Origin: Pelomyxa schiedti
Taxonomy: Eukaryota > Protista > Evosea
NCBI GenBank assembly: GCA_020536535.1
Contig: JAHLWZ010000406.1
Span: 1 to 64,000 of the forward strand
Length of the DNA stretch: 64,000 nt
Direction: 5' to 3'
The notes under the pieces are model-generated. The model ran no database searches and was not told where the DNA came from. It worked only from the letters and a program-made list of their open reading frames with translations. Below, one piece after another: positions 25,247 through 37,200 of the stretch. Every line of letters begins with the position of its first letter. Within the stretch, counting starts at the first letter, position 1. The position numbers were made by a program, and so were the translations under genes.

Positions 25247-28200
25247 CTAGAAAAGGGAGAAAGTCGCTTCCGTGTTTTTGGATAACCACGGCCTCTGATC
25301 TGAGCGAGCCCGCATTAGTCCCATTGTGTCATTAACAATCTGATCAAATGAGGTACAGGGTGGTGCTGTCTCCACAACTGTGTTTCAAGCTTTAGTATTT
25401 GGGGAATGCTGTTTTTAGGGAGGTAGAACCGTCCAAGAAACATCCGGTAAAAAGACCGTTGTCGGGACGCCTGGCACCACCGTCAGCTGCTGACATTCCT
25501 GCAAAACAGTCAGTATCTTATGTGTACATAGTTGATGCAGAGAAGAAATTACCTGGGCTTGTGGGATAGAAAATTATGCACCCATCTAATTGCACCGCTG
25601 CCAGGCCCGGCTTCGCCACGGCAGCAACTCCGGCACCACGTGGCTTGTGGAAAAATTTGTCATCAGTATTTCTTGACTGGAAGGAAGTTCATACCAGTGC
25701 TTCATTAGGGTCACGTGATGCGCGGCAGCAATCTAAAATGACAATAACCAGGTCTGACTCCGCTTTTATTTCATTTATGACTGCTCCAAGGATTGGTGCC
25801 TTGGCTTCGAGTTCGGTAAATTTTTCGTCTTTTGAGCCTACTGGAGGAGTATACTCCGTCATCAACAAAAAGTTCTGCCCTTTTTTCTGGAGTCCATGCC
25901 CAGCAAAGTAAAGAAGGCAGGCATTCTATAGACATTAGAGTAAACCAGGTTGTTTGAAGCCAGCTTTTTTGTAAAAACCTTTTTCCCTGACGATTTACTT
26001 TTAGCTTTCATATCTGCTCTCAATTTTGATAAGTGCAAATAAAACGCTTCCCGAGAGGGTACATCCGTGAGGTGTGTCACATCAAACTTGCATTTACTAC
26101 TTAAAAACTAGAGTGTGAATTACAAGATATTCACATTCGAAAAAAGAGAACCTCTGCAATGCATTTGGCGTCATTGAGTGCATTTTGAAGTAGGCCTGCC
26201 ATGTACGTCTGATTACCTATAACAAAAGCAAAGCAATTGAAATCTAGTTCTGGTCCCCAAAGAGGAGTGATAGCCCGGTGTTCAGGTGCTGCTTGTATAG
26301 CTGCTGAATTAAGTGCCAGTGGAACTGACTGGTTCATCTGGGATCGGGAACCATTTCGTTCATCAAACCAATGCCAAGTTAAGTTATACAGCATGTTGGA
26401 AGGTGCGATGAACTGCACATCTGAACCATTTGTTGTGGAACTTGTGGGATTGTGGGCAATTCTCCTCAGGACAGAGCTGGCAGAAAAGAGCATTTGAACA
26501 ACTGGAAGGGGCTCAATGATGCCATTTGAGCCCTTTCTCCTTGGTGTGTCTCGCACAGCCTGATGGAGAGCATGGAAAAGAAGTGTGCCACTATAGTCCC
26601 TATATGAGACACTGTCTGCTAGTGTAGAGTGCACCAGAACCATATCTCCTTCCTCCACTGTGATATCACAGCTTTTGGAACTTGAAGCCCCCAGCTCCCG
26701 TGAAATAATTTCCACAGCAGGTGTTTTTTGTGGACCTCTGCACGCGGCAATCAAGAAAAACTTTGCCTTCCCTTGCAGTGTGGGGCTTCTCGTGCAGGTA
26801 AAAATACCTAAAGAGAAAAGATTTATTATCTGCAAGTATTTTAAGGGCGAAATACTCATTATATCTTCATGTACGGATATCTTTTGCCCATCTACATCAA
26901 GGAGACAGTCTTTGCCGCCTACTTCTTTGCCGCCATGTGAACCACTTACAAATACAAACGAGTTGGCAAGGCTATTATCAGTTGCTGCAGAAATTTTGGT
27001 AAGAGCCCGAATGAGATTCTCTTTGATTGGGTTCTCCATGTAGAGAATGTGAAAGAAAGACCCAAATGCTTTTTGAATGATAGCCAGGTCATTCTCAGCT
27101 CCACTTCTGTCCTTTGTCGTATTGGCAAATAGAAGATACCCGTTCTTTCCATGCTGCAGCTACAAATTCCAGTAAATTTTGGAGTGGTTAGAAGTATTGG
27201 GCCTACTCTGGGAAGAAAAGAATCCACGCTCAGGGTATCAATGGATGGGCTCTAAGAAATGCAATTAGGGTTGACAAAGGCCAAGAAACCCACCTTGATA
27301 GTGACTGGTGCAAGAGACAGAGAGGCTGTCGAGCGGGGGATAGAGGCTTCAGAGGGTGCTGATGTGGCAGAGGGCGTCGAGGGTACAGAGGGTGTGGAGG
27401 CCGAAGAGACTTGAGATGTTGGACTTGTGGTATCACTCTCCTCTGGAAATTGGCATAAAGAGGATAAAGACACAATTTCAGGTGAAGCTCCCCTCACAGC
27501 AGTTGTGTAGTTTCTTGGTGCCGTGAGACAAGAGGAATCAAGCTCACTAGTGTCACTTCCATCCTTGTGGGTAACTAGAAACTTGTACAAAAGAGGGCTG
27601 CCCATGTAGCGTCTCAAGTTGGCAATCCAGTACCCACTAGCGGAGTTAAACGTCATAGGAATAGGTTCCCAGCTGTTGAGATTACATGTAATTGATACAG
27701 AAATTACGTCCGTGCGGTTAGAGTAACAGAGTGTTGTTGTTACTTGTTTTTTGGGTTGAGTGGCAGAGTTATCAGGTTGCAGACTCCTTTTGGCTGGAGT
27801 GGGAGTAACTCTGATAATTTCGAACTGAGGTTGGCCGGAATTTTCTGAAAGGGTCATCCTATCTCCATACTTTGCCATAAGATAGTGCGTGGGGAATCTG
27901 TACATTCCCAGTCTACCCTTTGGATGTGTGCCTGTTGTATCATCCCCAACGTGAAACCACCAATAGTCGTCTGCACAGTTCCCCTGTTCCCATGCACCTA
28001 CCCAATGTTTGCCCGAATTTTTGCAGTCCAAGAGCCTTGGCCGGCCCTTGGAGTCCGTTTTGTCTGGAATCATGATTCTGTAAGTGGAAGGCGAAACTTC
28101 ACAGAACTCAAATATAGTGGACTTTGATTCTATTGCCGTCCTCCTCAGCCACAAATTTGAATTAAGTCGCAGGAATTCCCCATTAACCAGTCTAATCCTT

Positions 28201-31200
28201 GCACTGAATGTCACATTTACTGATGGACTTTTATAATGCGGCGAGCCTGTATGGTGAGCGATATATTCTGAAGCAAGGAAATGCTGTTTCAAAACAAAGT
28301 CTTTAGTCCTTTCAATTGCAAATTGTCTTGGACGAGAAACTGGCTGTACGTCTAGCAGCAAAGTCTTCAGTTCTTCATCCACCTTCATTTCCCAAAATGA
28401 CTTAAATAAGGTTACAAAACCATAAAGTAAGCCCAATCCCTCTGGTTTCTTTGCCTTCCAGGATCGCATGTCTTCTTTTATAAGTTGCACCAGTTTGGGC
28501 TTGATATTGGTACAGTAGAATAGAGCATAGAGCCATGTTGCAAGCCGAGTGAGTGCCAATCGTCCATTGATTTGTCCTCTGTCCCTGTCACATGGGGACT
28601 CACGTGTTGGCTCCCAGACTTCATATCTCTTCTCCTTGTCGGTAAAATCAACTACAGATTCCTCATCAGCATTCCATCCTCTGCGGTTTGCATGTGTCCA
28701 GTAAAGTGAATATGTACTTAGGGAGCCCAATGGGTTATAGTGACGCACGACTGTCACGAATTCATCAGCATGGGCAAATACATCTTGTAATGGGTGGAGG
28801 CCTTTCCCAAGGTTTTTTGCAGCCTCTCTACGGACAGATTTCCCAAGTGCTTTTCGTAGCTGTTGGAGGCAATGTTGCAACCTCGAGTCAGAGTCATGTC
28901 CACCTTCCACAGTATGGTTAATATTGAAGTGCCACGATTGTGCATATGCTGAAAAGATATTCGACGGCGTTGTGGAGAGCGCATCATCAACCTTTTGGAA
29001 AAATTGTTGGTTAACGAGGGACGTATAGGAGTCTACAACCTTTTGGCAAGACTTGCTCACATGGGAGCTCCACTCTTCATCAAACCCTGCCTCACAAAGC
29101 CATTTCCAGGTATTACCTTTGTGCACAGTCTCACCCCAATCAACCATGAAAGCGCGAGGTTGGAACAGTGCTCGATCCCCGCTGTCATAATCATGGACAT
29201 TGGAACTTGGGTCAAAGTTTAAAAAACTGTCAAGTACTTGCTGAGCAGTGGTGTTTCGGCCATCTTTGCATTGTTTGATAATTTCTACTAAAGAACGAGG
29301 TATTTTCTCAGATAAAGGCAAGCTTGAGGCATTACGTATAAGGCTGGGCTTAGGAGTCATTTCAGCAAGCATTACCCCAAATGAGACAATATCTTTCGCA
29401 CAGGAGATAGTAGCCTGTCCAAGTTCTGCACTCAGTCCATAGCCTGCAATTGCGAGATCTGTAACCTTCGTTCCCAGAACATTGACAAGTATATTCTCGA
29501 GTCTAATATCACCATGCACAATACCGAACTTGTGTATGTCCCGAATTCCAGATATCACACGCTGAGCAATGAAGGCCACGTCAGTCAGTGAGAGGATGGA
29601 TATGTACTTGAGAAGGTAATCCTTAAGTGAACAGCTGAATCGTGGGCAAATCATGAACCACTTGTCTGCCTGCTTGAAAAGCAGCTGAAATGGGAGGATA
29701 TTTAATGCTGTATCTTCTACTGTGTGCCGAAAAAATGCATCCTCAAAGAATTGACATTGCACAGCTTTTGTAGCAACTGCCATGTCCAATTCTCTCCCCA
29801 TCATGTGACGATTTTCCCATACTACCTCCAGTGCTGAAGTACCCCTACCTCCTGTGTCAATATCAAGTCGGGGAGAAACACCAGATAAAATCTCGCTTGG
29901 GGGATCAATTTCTCTATGTTTTGCCTGGAGGGCTAAGATTTCTGCAATGAGCTGCCCAATCAAATGTCTCATCTCTGTGAGATTTGTACTGTGTTTTTGA
30001 AAATGTGGTATCATATCTGCCCTCAGCTTGCGCCGTTGCTCTAGAATTGTCTTAAGATCGGAGGTAAATCTTTTCAATGTTCGGCGCGTTACTTCAAAGA
30101 AGAAGGTTGCATCAGATGATAGACAATCGTTTTGAAAAGCAAGAACTGATCTTAGCATTGCCTCCAAAATACTGGATTGACGAACCTTTTCGTCAATCAC
30201 TCGCGCGTCGAATACTTGACGAAGTTTTTCCTCAATCACTCGCGTGTCGAATAGTTGACTGAAGTGGTCGTCCATTAAGCGATTGACGAATGGTGGGACA
30301 CGTGGACCCGCGTCTGTTTGACTCGAATAGCAATCCAAGCAATATCTGAGATGAGAAATAATATTAAGTTCAGCTATCTGCACTATCTCCCTCAGGGTAT
30401 CGTCTTCCACAAGTTTTTGGAGGCTTTTATGTATACTCTCTTTGAAAAAGCAACAGAGATCGTTCACAATGGGGTAGGTGAGTTTTTCTGCCAGTGGCTC
30501 TCTATATTTACTGAGATATTCAAGGGGGATAATCCTTTCATCCTCAGAGAACTCTTTTCTTACTTTTTGCATTTTCCTGGCAATGATAGAGGGGATTGGT
30601 GTCAGTTTGCTCCGTAGTTCTTGTTCACAAGCAGTTTGAAAATTATCAATCATCCCAACGATGTCACGATACCATTTTTCAGTCCCAGCTGGAGTACTGA
30701 GGCGTAATGTATTGAAGTTTCTGAAGAAGCAGCCCAGCGCATCAACCATATACTCCAATGCCTGGTTGCACCTCTTTTTTTGACTGGCAATAATCCAGAT
30801 TAAGAACCATAAATAGTCCAAAGGAAAAGTCACTTGGACAGTCACCAGCCAAGAAATCTTGGGCACTGACACAGCAGAAGCAATTACAAAAATCAAAGCG
30901 TCCCACCTGATCTGCAAGTTGCATCCTATTCAGAAGGGTACTGAGCCTGTCACTGTTGAATTTTTCAACATCTATCCTTGTGGTCGAGCTTGGCCTCTTG
31001 TTCAGTTCTATGGCAATGCGTTGCAGCTCAACATGAGTATTGGCAAAAAAGATTTCTGGTATGTTGTCACTGGCGGAGTGTGAAAGGATTTGTTTCAGCT
31101 GGGCGCAAGCCTTAAGCTCAGTGGGACCAAATGGAAGAGTTGTAAAGGAGAAAACAACTCCATGAGGAAGGTATGCCGATAAAAACGTTGTGAGGAAGGG

Positions 31201-32164
31201 GGCCAGAATGTCACCAAATTGTTCAAAATAAGTAGAACCTGGCAAATTAGCCAATTCTATCCCCGTTTCAAGAAGTGGCAGGGGGACTTCAGCAATAATA
31301 AATTCTTTTAACCATGCCTGGAGCTCTGTCACTCCTGGGTTTTAATTTGTCAGTTACATGAACAAATGAGCTAGGCCTTACCGTTTGGAAGACTTGCATT
31401 CGAAAGGTGGACAGCTAGATGGGTACCAATTTCAGAAGCAGAAGAACAGTCTTGCAGACGTTCCAAAACTTCACCTGCAACGATTGTGCCATTAAGGATT
31501 CGCCCAATCCGAACGCAGGCATTTGACTGCTTTGCAAATCTCAACAAGCAAACTTTGTATGAACAAAGTGAATGTCCAGGAGGGAGAATAGTACCGCCAC
31601 ATAGACAGTCAAGAAGAGCAGATTTGCCTTATTAAAGGCCGTTGTTATCAACTGTGAACAAAGAAGATGGGGTAGGTACCAGAACCCTCGGGACCAAAAA
31701 AGGCAATGCGCAGAGGATGAGGCTGGCAAATATTTTCAACATACTTCTGAATCGTTGTAGACATGAGCGCAGCCTCCTCTGTACCTCCAAGAAATTCCAG
31801 AACCTCACCGTGCAGTGTTTTAAATCCTTCAAAGCACAGTGCTGTTGGTGCGAATAGGTGTTCTGGTAAAGAAGCAAGACATTTCCCCAGTTTTTGTCGG
31901 GAAGTGTCGTCCTGGGCTGTGTGCCGTGTGATAAACTTATGGGAAGCCGCCACATAGTCCTGGAAGGTGAGTGCATTTTTGCGTGCTCCAGTGCAACGAT
32001 ACATTTTGAGGTAGAAAAGTTGGTTTGCTTTATTCGTATCAAGATTAGTTAGACATTCCGCTTTTCAAAAGTTGGGCGTTGAGACAAACTTGGCTTGGTT
32101 CCTCTGCACAGAAAAAGTCCTCCTTGATGGTTTGGGAGCCTTCCTCTAGGAGTTGTGGCGGCAT
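25247..32164 (-). CDS. Giant multidomain protein: dynamin-like G domain - helical region - pseudokinase - HET-C/Zn-PLC-like domain - beta-rich domain - CBM48-like - caspase (p20+p10) - paracaspase-type C14 domain
   Basis: Spliced GPEGSGKSALLDCLCGGTILP. Kinase-like HGDIRLENILV..IAGYGLS..DIVSFG. WGETVH..WHFN..LGKGLHPLQDVFAH. VSITCNLNSWEPIPM..YKFLV. Caspase: RSGAEND..SHG..GKAKFFLIAACRG..STLADSVSYRD. Second C14: VIGNQTY..LQNALNDA..YFAGHG..ILDCCR..NGLFT..QRPW. The ORF segments join through canonical GT-AG introns. Confidence 0.8.
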
Positions 32165-32299
32165 GGTAGTTGAGGACAAGGTTTTCACTCCCTTTTGCGT
32201 TGTGACTGCGGGATGGTACAAAGATAGAACATACAGTTTTGATCGGCAATCCGGTTTTAGGAAAAGACCTTCCACAAACAGCGAAAGGGTACAACAACA

Positions 32300-34129
32300 A
32301 TGAGGGGTTGTTTTTGCTCGCCAGGGCACGTGGTTGGGAGTGGGTTGGCTTTGTTGTTGTTACTTGTGGGTACCACAAATGGTGAGAGTGCCAAGAATGC
32401 TGATAAAATGATGGAAAGGCTGAGGCACTATGCTCGAGCGTATGAGCAAACAACAACATGGACTCCCTCCGAGCTTATTAGTGATGCTGGGTTTGTGTCC
32501 TCTTACAGAATAAAAGTTGTTTGGCTTACTTTTTTTTTCTGACAGGTATGATCCAGAGTTGTGGTATGTAAGGACCCCTGACCAATTTCAAATTGGAGTC
32601 CATAGAATCCCCAACGAGGGGAAACAACCTGTGCTGTTTGTTCATGGGTTTGTGATGAATGCTGGGTGTTTTGTGGCCAACATGCCAGAAAATACTTTGG
32701 CCTTCTTGATGCACGATGCCGGCTTCGATGTCTGGCTCAGTTGGGTTCTTTTTTCCCTTGTACTGCTACTAATGTTCTGCCTAGTTAATCTTCGAGGCAC
32801 AAAGTCGTCCTTCACGAATTATGTGTACGATTCACACGAACCAGAATTCTGGAATTGGAGGTAATTAGTAGCCACCGCCTTTCATGGTCCAACTGGTTCA
32901 TGCAGTTTCCTTGAGCCTGGTCTCCAAGATGTCTCATCCACCATTGATTTCATTTTGGCAAAGGTACGGCTAATGCAGTTAGGTACACAACATCACCTCC
33001 TCTAGACAGGTTTCCCAGATTTGCCAATTGTCTCTCATAGTGAGGGTGGAGCAACAGTATACGCCATGCTTGCAGACACTCCCAGTATGTTTTATGACAG
33101 GTTGTCCAACTTAATAACATTGTCACATAGAATTGGCAGAGAAGATCTCTTTCCATCTTGCTCTTGGTGTGCTATTGTACATAAAATCATAACATCTAAT
33201 TCTTCCCAGCACCATGCCTATACCTCACATATAGCACTTGTCCTGTTCTAGTCCTCTCCGACTACATTGGTAAGAAGTGTGTTGTGCACTACAGGCGACT
33301 CATACTCTTAGATTTTCCCTACTGGTTTGACTACCTTAATGCAAGCCATACCCCAATACCCGGGCCAATGATTGGTATAGTGCCGTCTCACAATAAGCGT
33401 TTTAAAACAACGGGAAAAGATTGGGCCTTGTACGAGATGTGCACTGTACTTCCTATATTGTGTGAGACTGTTGTCAACTGGCTTGCTGGATGGGATATGT
33501 CCAACATGAATGCTTCCCGGGTGGATATTTATGTCCAATGTGTTGATGCAACTTCAGTTATGGTGAGCTGAGAATAAATTTCCCACGAGTTTCTTTTCAA
33601 TCTTATTACTGTTAGAATGTTGACCACCTATTACAACTAAGGCACACCGCCACATTTGGGTATTTTGATTATGGAGAGGTTCGTCACCCTACAAAAACAG
33701 ATGAGTAAGAGAACCATAGGAAGAGAACTTGGTGCATTATAACCAAACTGTTCCACCTGTATTCCCAATAGACACAGTCATGGTTCCAACCAAGCTATAC
33801 TATGGCGGTGAAGATGTGATGGTTTCTCAGAAGGCAAGCATTCATTAATCTAATACTGTCTACTCCATAATAGCAAACAAAAAACCTAACTGAGCCTCTA
33901 TTTAATGAAAAACAAATCTCCAGGATGTAGAAGAACTATTGATTCCTTCACTCAACAGTGCAAGCTTTGTTGAACCTCCGACATTTGTTCCATCATGGAG
34001 CCATGCGGTACATCCAAGATCCAAGCCAAGACAATCTCTCTAACCCACTGCACACAACAGGATTTTATATGGTCAATTGATGGAGAACTCTACAAGGAAA
34101 TGGTAGCCATTGTGAAGGCATTCTCTTAA
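32300..34129 (+). CDS. Lysosomal acid lipase-like alpha/beta hydrolase
   Basis: Signal peptide; VRTPDQFQIGVHRIP, PVLFVHG, LAFLMHDAGFDVWL.NLRG, nucleophile SHSEGG, FGYFDYG, WSHADF. Confidence 0.9.
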
Positions 34130-34268
34130 CTAATTATGTCAAATGAAACCCCGGACTGAGTGTCACTTGGCCCAAGTAAAAACGTATCAACGAGATTTAG
34201 ATCTGAAGAAAAACAAAGGTGTCAACAAATCTGCGATTTATTTATTCTTTTTTATAAATTACTCGCGA

Positions 34269-37200
34269 ATGGGCAACACGCCAGCGGCGGCGAATGGGCA
34301 GCGTCAAAATGACTCGTACGAGGAAGAAGCGACACAGCCGCAATCACAGCAGTCCGAGTCACACTATTCACAACAATCTCAGTCACTCGAGACGCAGGCG
34401 CCGGTTTTGTCCAACACCACTGAAACGACGGCGACTTCGTCACAGCCACTCACGCAACAGCCCCCGCCGTTTTCTACTACTACGCAGCTGAGCGCAGATT
34501 TGCAGGAGTCGCAGCCTCTGGATTTCGGCTGGACTCCTGCATCCCAGACCTTCAGTTCCCAGCCGCAATCACAGTCACAATCACAGTCGCAGTCGCAGCT
34601 GGCATCCGAGCCCCAGTCGCAACCGCAGCCACAGTTTCAGACGTTCCCGTCCCAGCTTGATGGCGACGTGATCGTGACCGACGCCGGCGATGACCAGGCG
34701 ACCCAGGCCCCTCCATTTGCCTTGCTGCAGCCTCCTGCTCCTACTCCTAATTCGACCCCTGCCCCTACACCTCCTGCACCTGACACTGTGTCTACACTCA
34801 CTCCCGCACCCACCATCACCCCCACATCAACATCAGCACTGGCACTTGTACCAGCACCAGCTACGCTGCCGTCGCCATCACCAATGCTGACACCCACACC
34901 TGCACTAACGCCCACATCAACACTGGAACCCACACCCACACCTGTGTGTGTGCTGGCAACGGCCAACTCATACACCGGCGTACACCAAGTAGATTGTATC
35001 ACCACCTCTGCAAGCACTGCAGAGACACCATCACATATTCCCACAGAAAATACTACCTGGAATGACCCTACAATCCATATGGGCTCCACTCTCACAACTG
35101 CTGACATCTCTGTTACAAACAGTAGAACCAACCCTCTGCCACCCAACCCTGTTTCTCCTCTACCCCCCAATCCTGCCAAAATCTCTCACACGTCCAATAC
35201 AGTAACCAAAAGGAGAGTAAAACACACAACTCATCCAAAAAAGAAGACCAACACTGTTGACAATACCAAACCGAGTGACACTCCCCAAACTACTAATAGT
35301 GCCACACCCAGTTGTCCCTCCATCCTTGGTCCCTCTATATTTGACTATGGTACAATTAACAAGGAGGGGCTGCACTGTGGTGTGGGAAACAGTACTACCA
35401 GTACGAACCACACAATTATTGACACTGGACTCCCCACTGATACACAAACACGTGATGCACAAATGGAAAGTCAGCATACCATTGAAGTTTACAGGAGAGA
35501 TTCTGGTGACTTTAGCACCCCAGTTCATATCAAAAAAGAGCCATCGCCTGACGACACAACTGGTAGCAGTCCAATGCAAAATGTTACCTCGTCAGTATCA
35601 GCCTCCAGTTCAAGTGTGTCTAGCAGTGGGAAGAAAAAAAGGACAAGACTGTTGGAAAATGGGAAAATTAATTTCCCAAAGGAAACTCCTCTTGGCCCTG
35701 TGCCCAAGCATATGCGAATAGGTAGACCCAGCCAACTAATACAGTAACTCTAACCCCATTTCAGTTGGATCCACCAATACCCACTGTTGTGCCTGTTTTC
35801 AGCCCTGCATCAATGCCATATTCCCTGGAGCCGACAAGTCACTTTCGGCAAACCCACCCCCTCTTCGGCAGCCGACACCCGATTGCATGGGTGTCACATG
35901 GAATACTCACCAAAATAGAATATTAACTACCCCAACTGCCTCTGCCAGGCCAGTAGATGGGTGTTCATGTGTGCGTCCCTGGCAAGGAAAATTTGATTGG
36001 ATCCTGAGTGTGTGTGGCGGGGATCAGGAGTGCTCCCCGGAGCACACTGCCTCAAGCAGCGTTACCCCGGCCTTGACCCCACCATTAAGGAAAGAAATGT
36101 TAGCAGTCAAAAAAGTTATTCAAAACCTGTGGATCACACTGCATTCCCTTAGTAAGGAAACCATGCCAGCCTACCCTGTAGATAATTTGAAAGTATTACT
36201 GCACCAGTACTACGATAATAAGGATACAGCTTTATATCGGCAAGTCATTGTCAATGCTGGGGAAGTATTGCTGGATGCCTTAGACAAATCAACTATTTCA
36301 AGAATAGCAAAAGAGTTGAGAGTTGGTGTTGAAAGTGTGCCGATGCTCTTTTTACCTATCAGCAATGATTTACAGCACCTTTGGCAGACTGAGAACTTAC
36401 TTCTTCATTTGTCTTTATTAAGGTACTCCCTTAAAACTGAATGTCATTTCACACTAAATTTGAAGCGAGTCATCCATTCAAGCAATTAAACGAATTCTCT
36501 GTGCTGAGGTAATCCAACCAGCGCATATCTGATGTAACTAATGTTCCATAACCAAAAGCACCCTGGCCTCTCTATGGAAATCACTCTTCCAGATAACCAT
36601 GTGATGCCCTTTTTGCTGAAACCGATCCCGAGTTTGCGCCTGTTCTGTTTAGAGGTTGGGAATTATGCAAATCTACCAGGAGAGGATTTGGAGGTGGTTT
36701 TGACCAAGGTGAATGGGGAAAGCTGTGATATTCCGCTAGACTCAGAAGCTGCCTTCAACGCCTTGCACTTATTTACTGGGAAAAAAGTTGCTCTCCCATA
36801 TCGAATTTTCATTACAAACACACTCAAGGTTTCCGTCACAATGCGAAACAGAGATAAAACTCTCACCCCAGACAATCAAGAAGAAACTCCTGCCCCAGAA
36901 AAATCTAGCCACAATCCTTACATTAATGTTTATCGACACTTGATTGCTTATAGCATCTCACGGATTTTGTCTCAATTTGACAAATATCTACTTGATGCAT
37001 TATTGACGGCATTATCAAAAGCCCCACCATGTGTGTGAAGTTCACAAAGCGACCACTTTACTTACAGAATTAAAAAATAGTTAAACATGCAAAGCAAACG
37101 TTACACGCAATTGTCAAGTGTCTATTTCCAACAGTACACCCTGTGGTGCATTACGGCTTGGATTGCGTTATGTGCAAAACAAAACCAATTATAGGCCCGC

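Noticed and set aside
30178-30258. 39-bp internal duplication (FDTRVIEEKLRQV/FDARVIDEKVRQS)
   Set aside because: Real, but an ordinary in-frame helical repeat with no evidence of a separate element.
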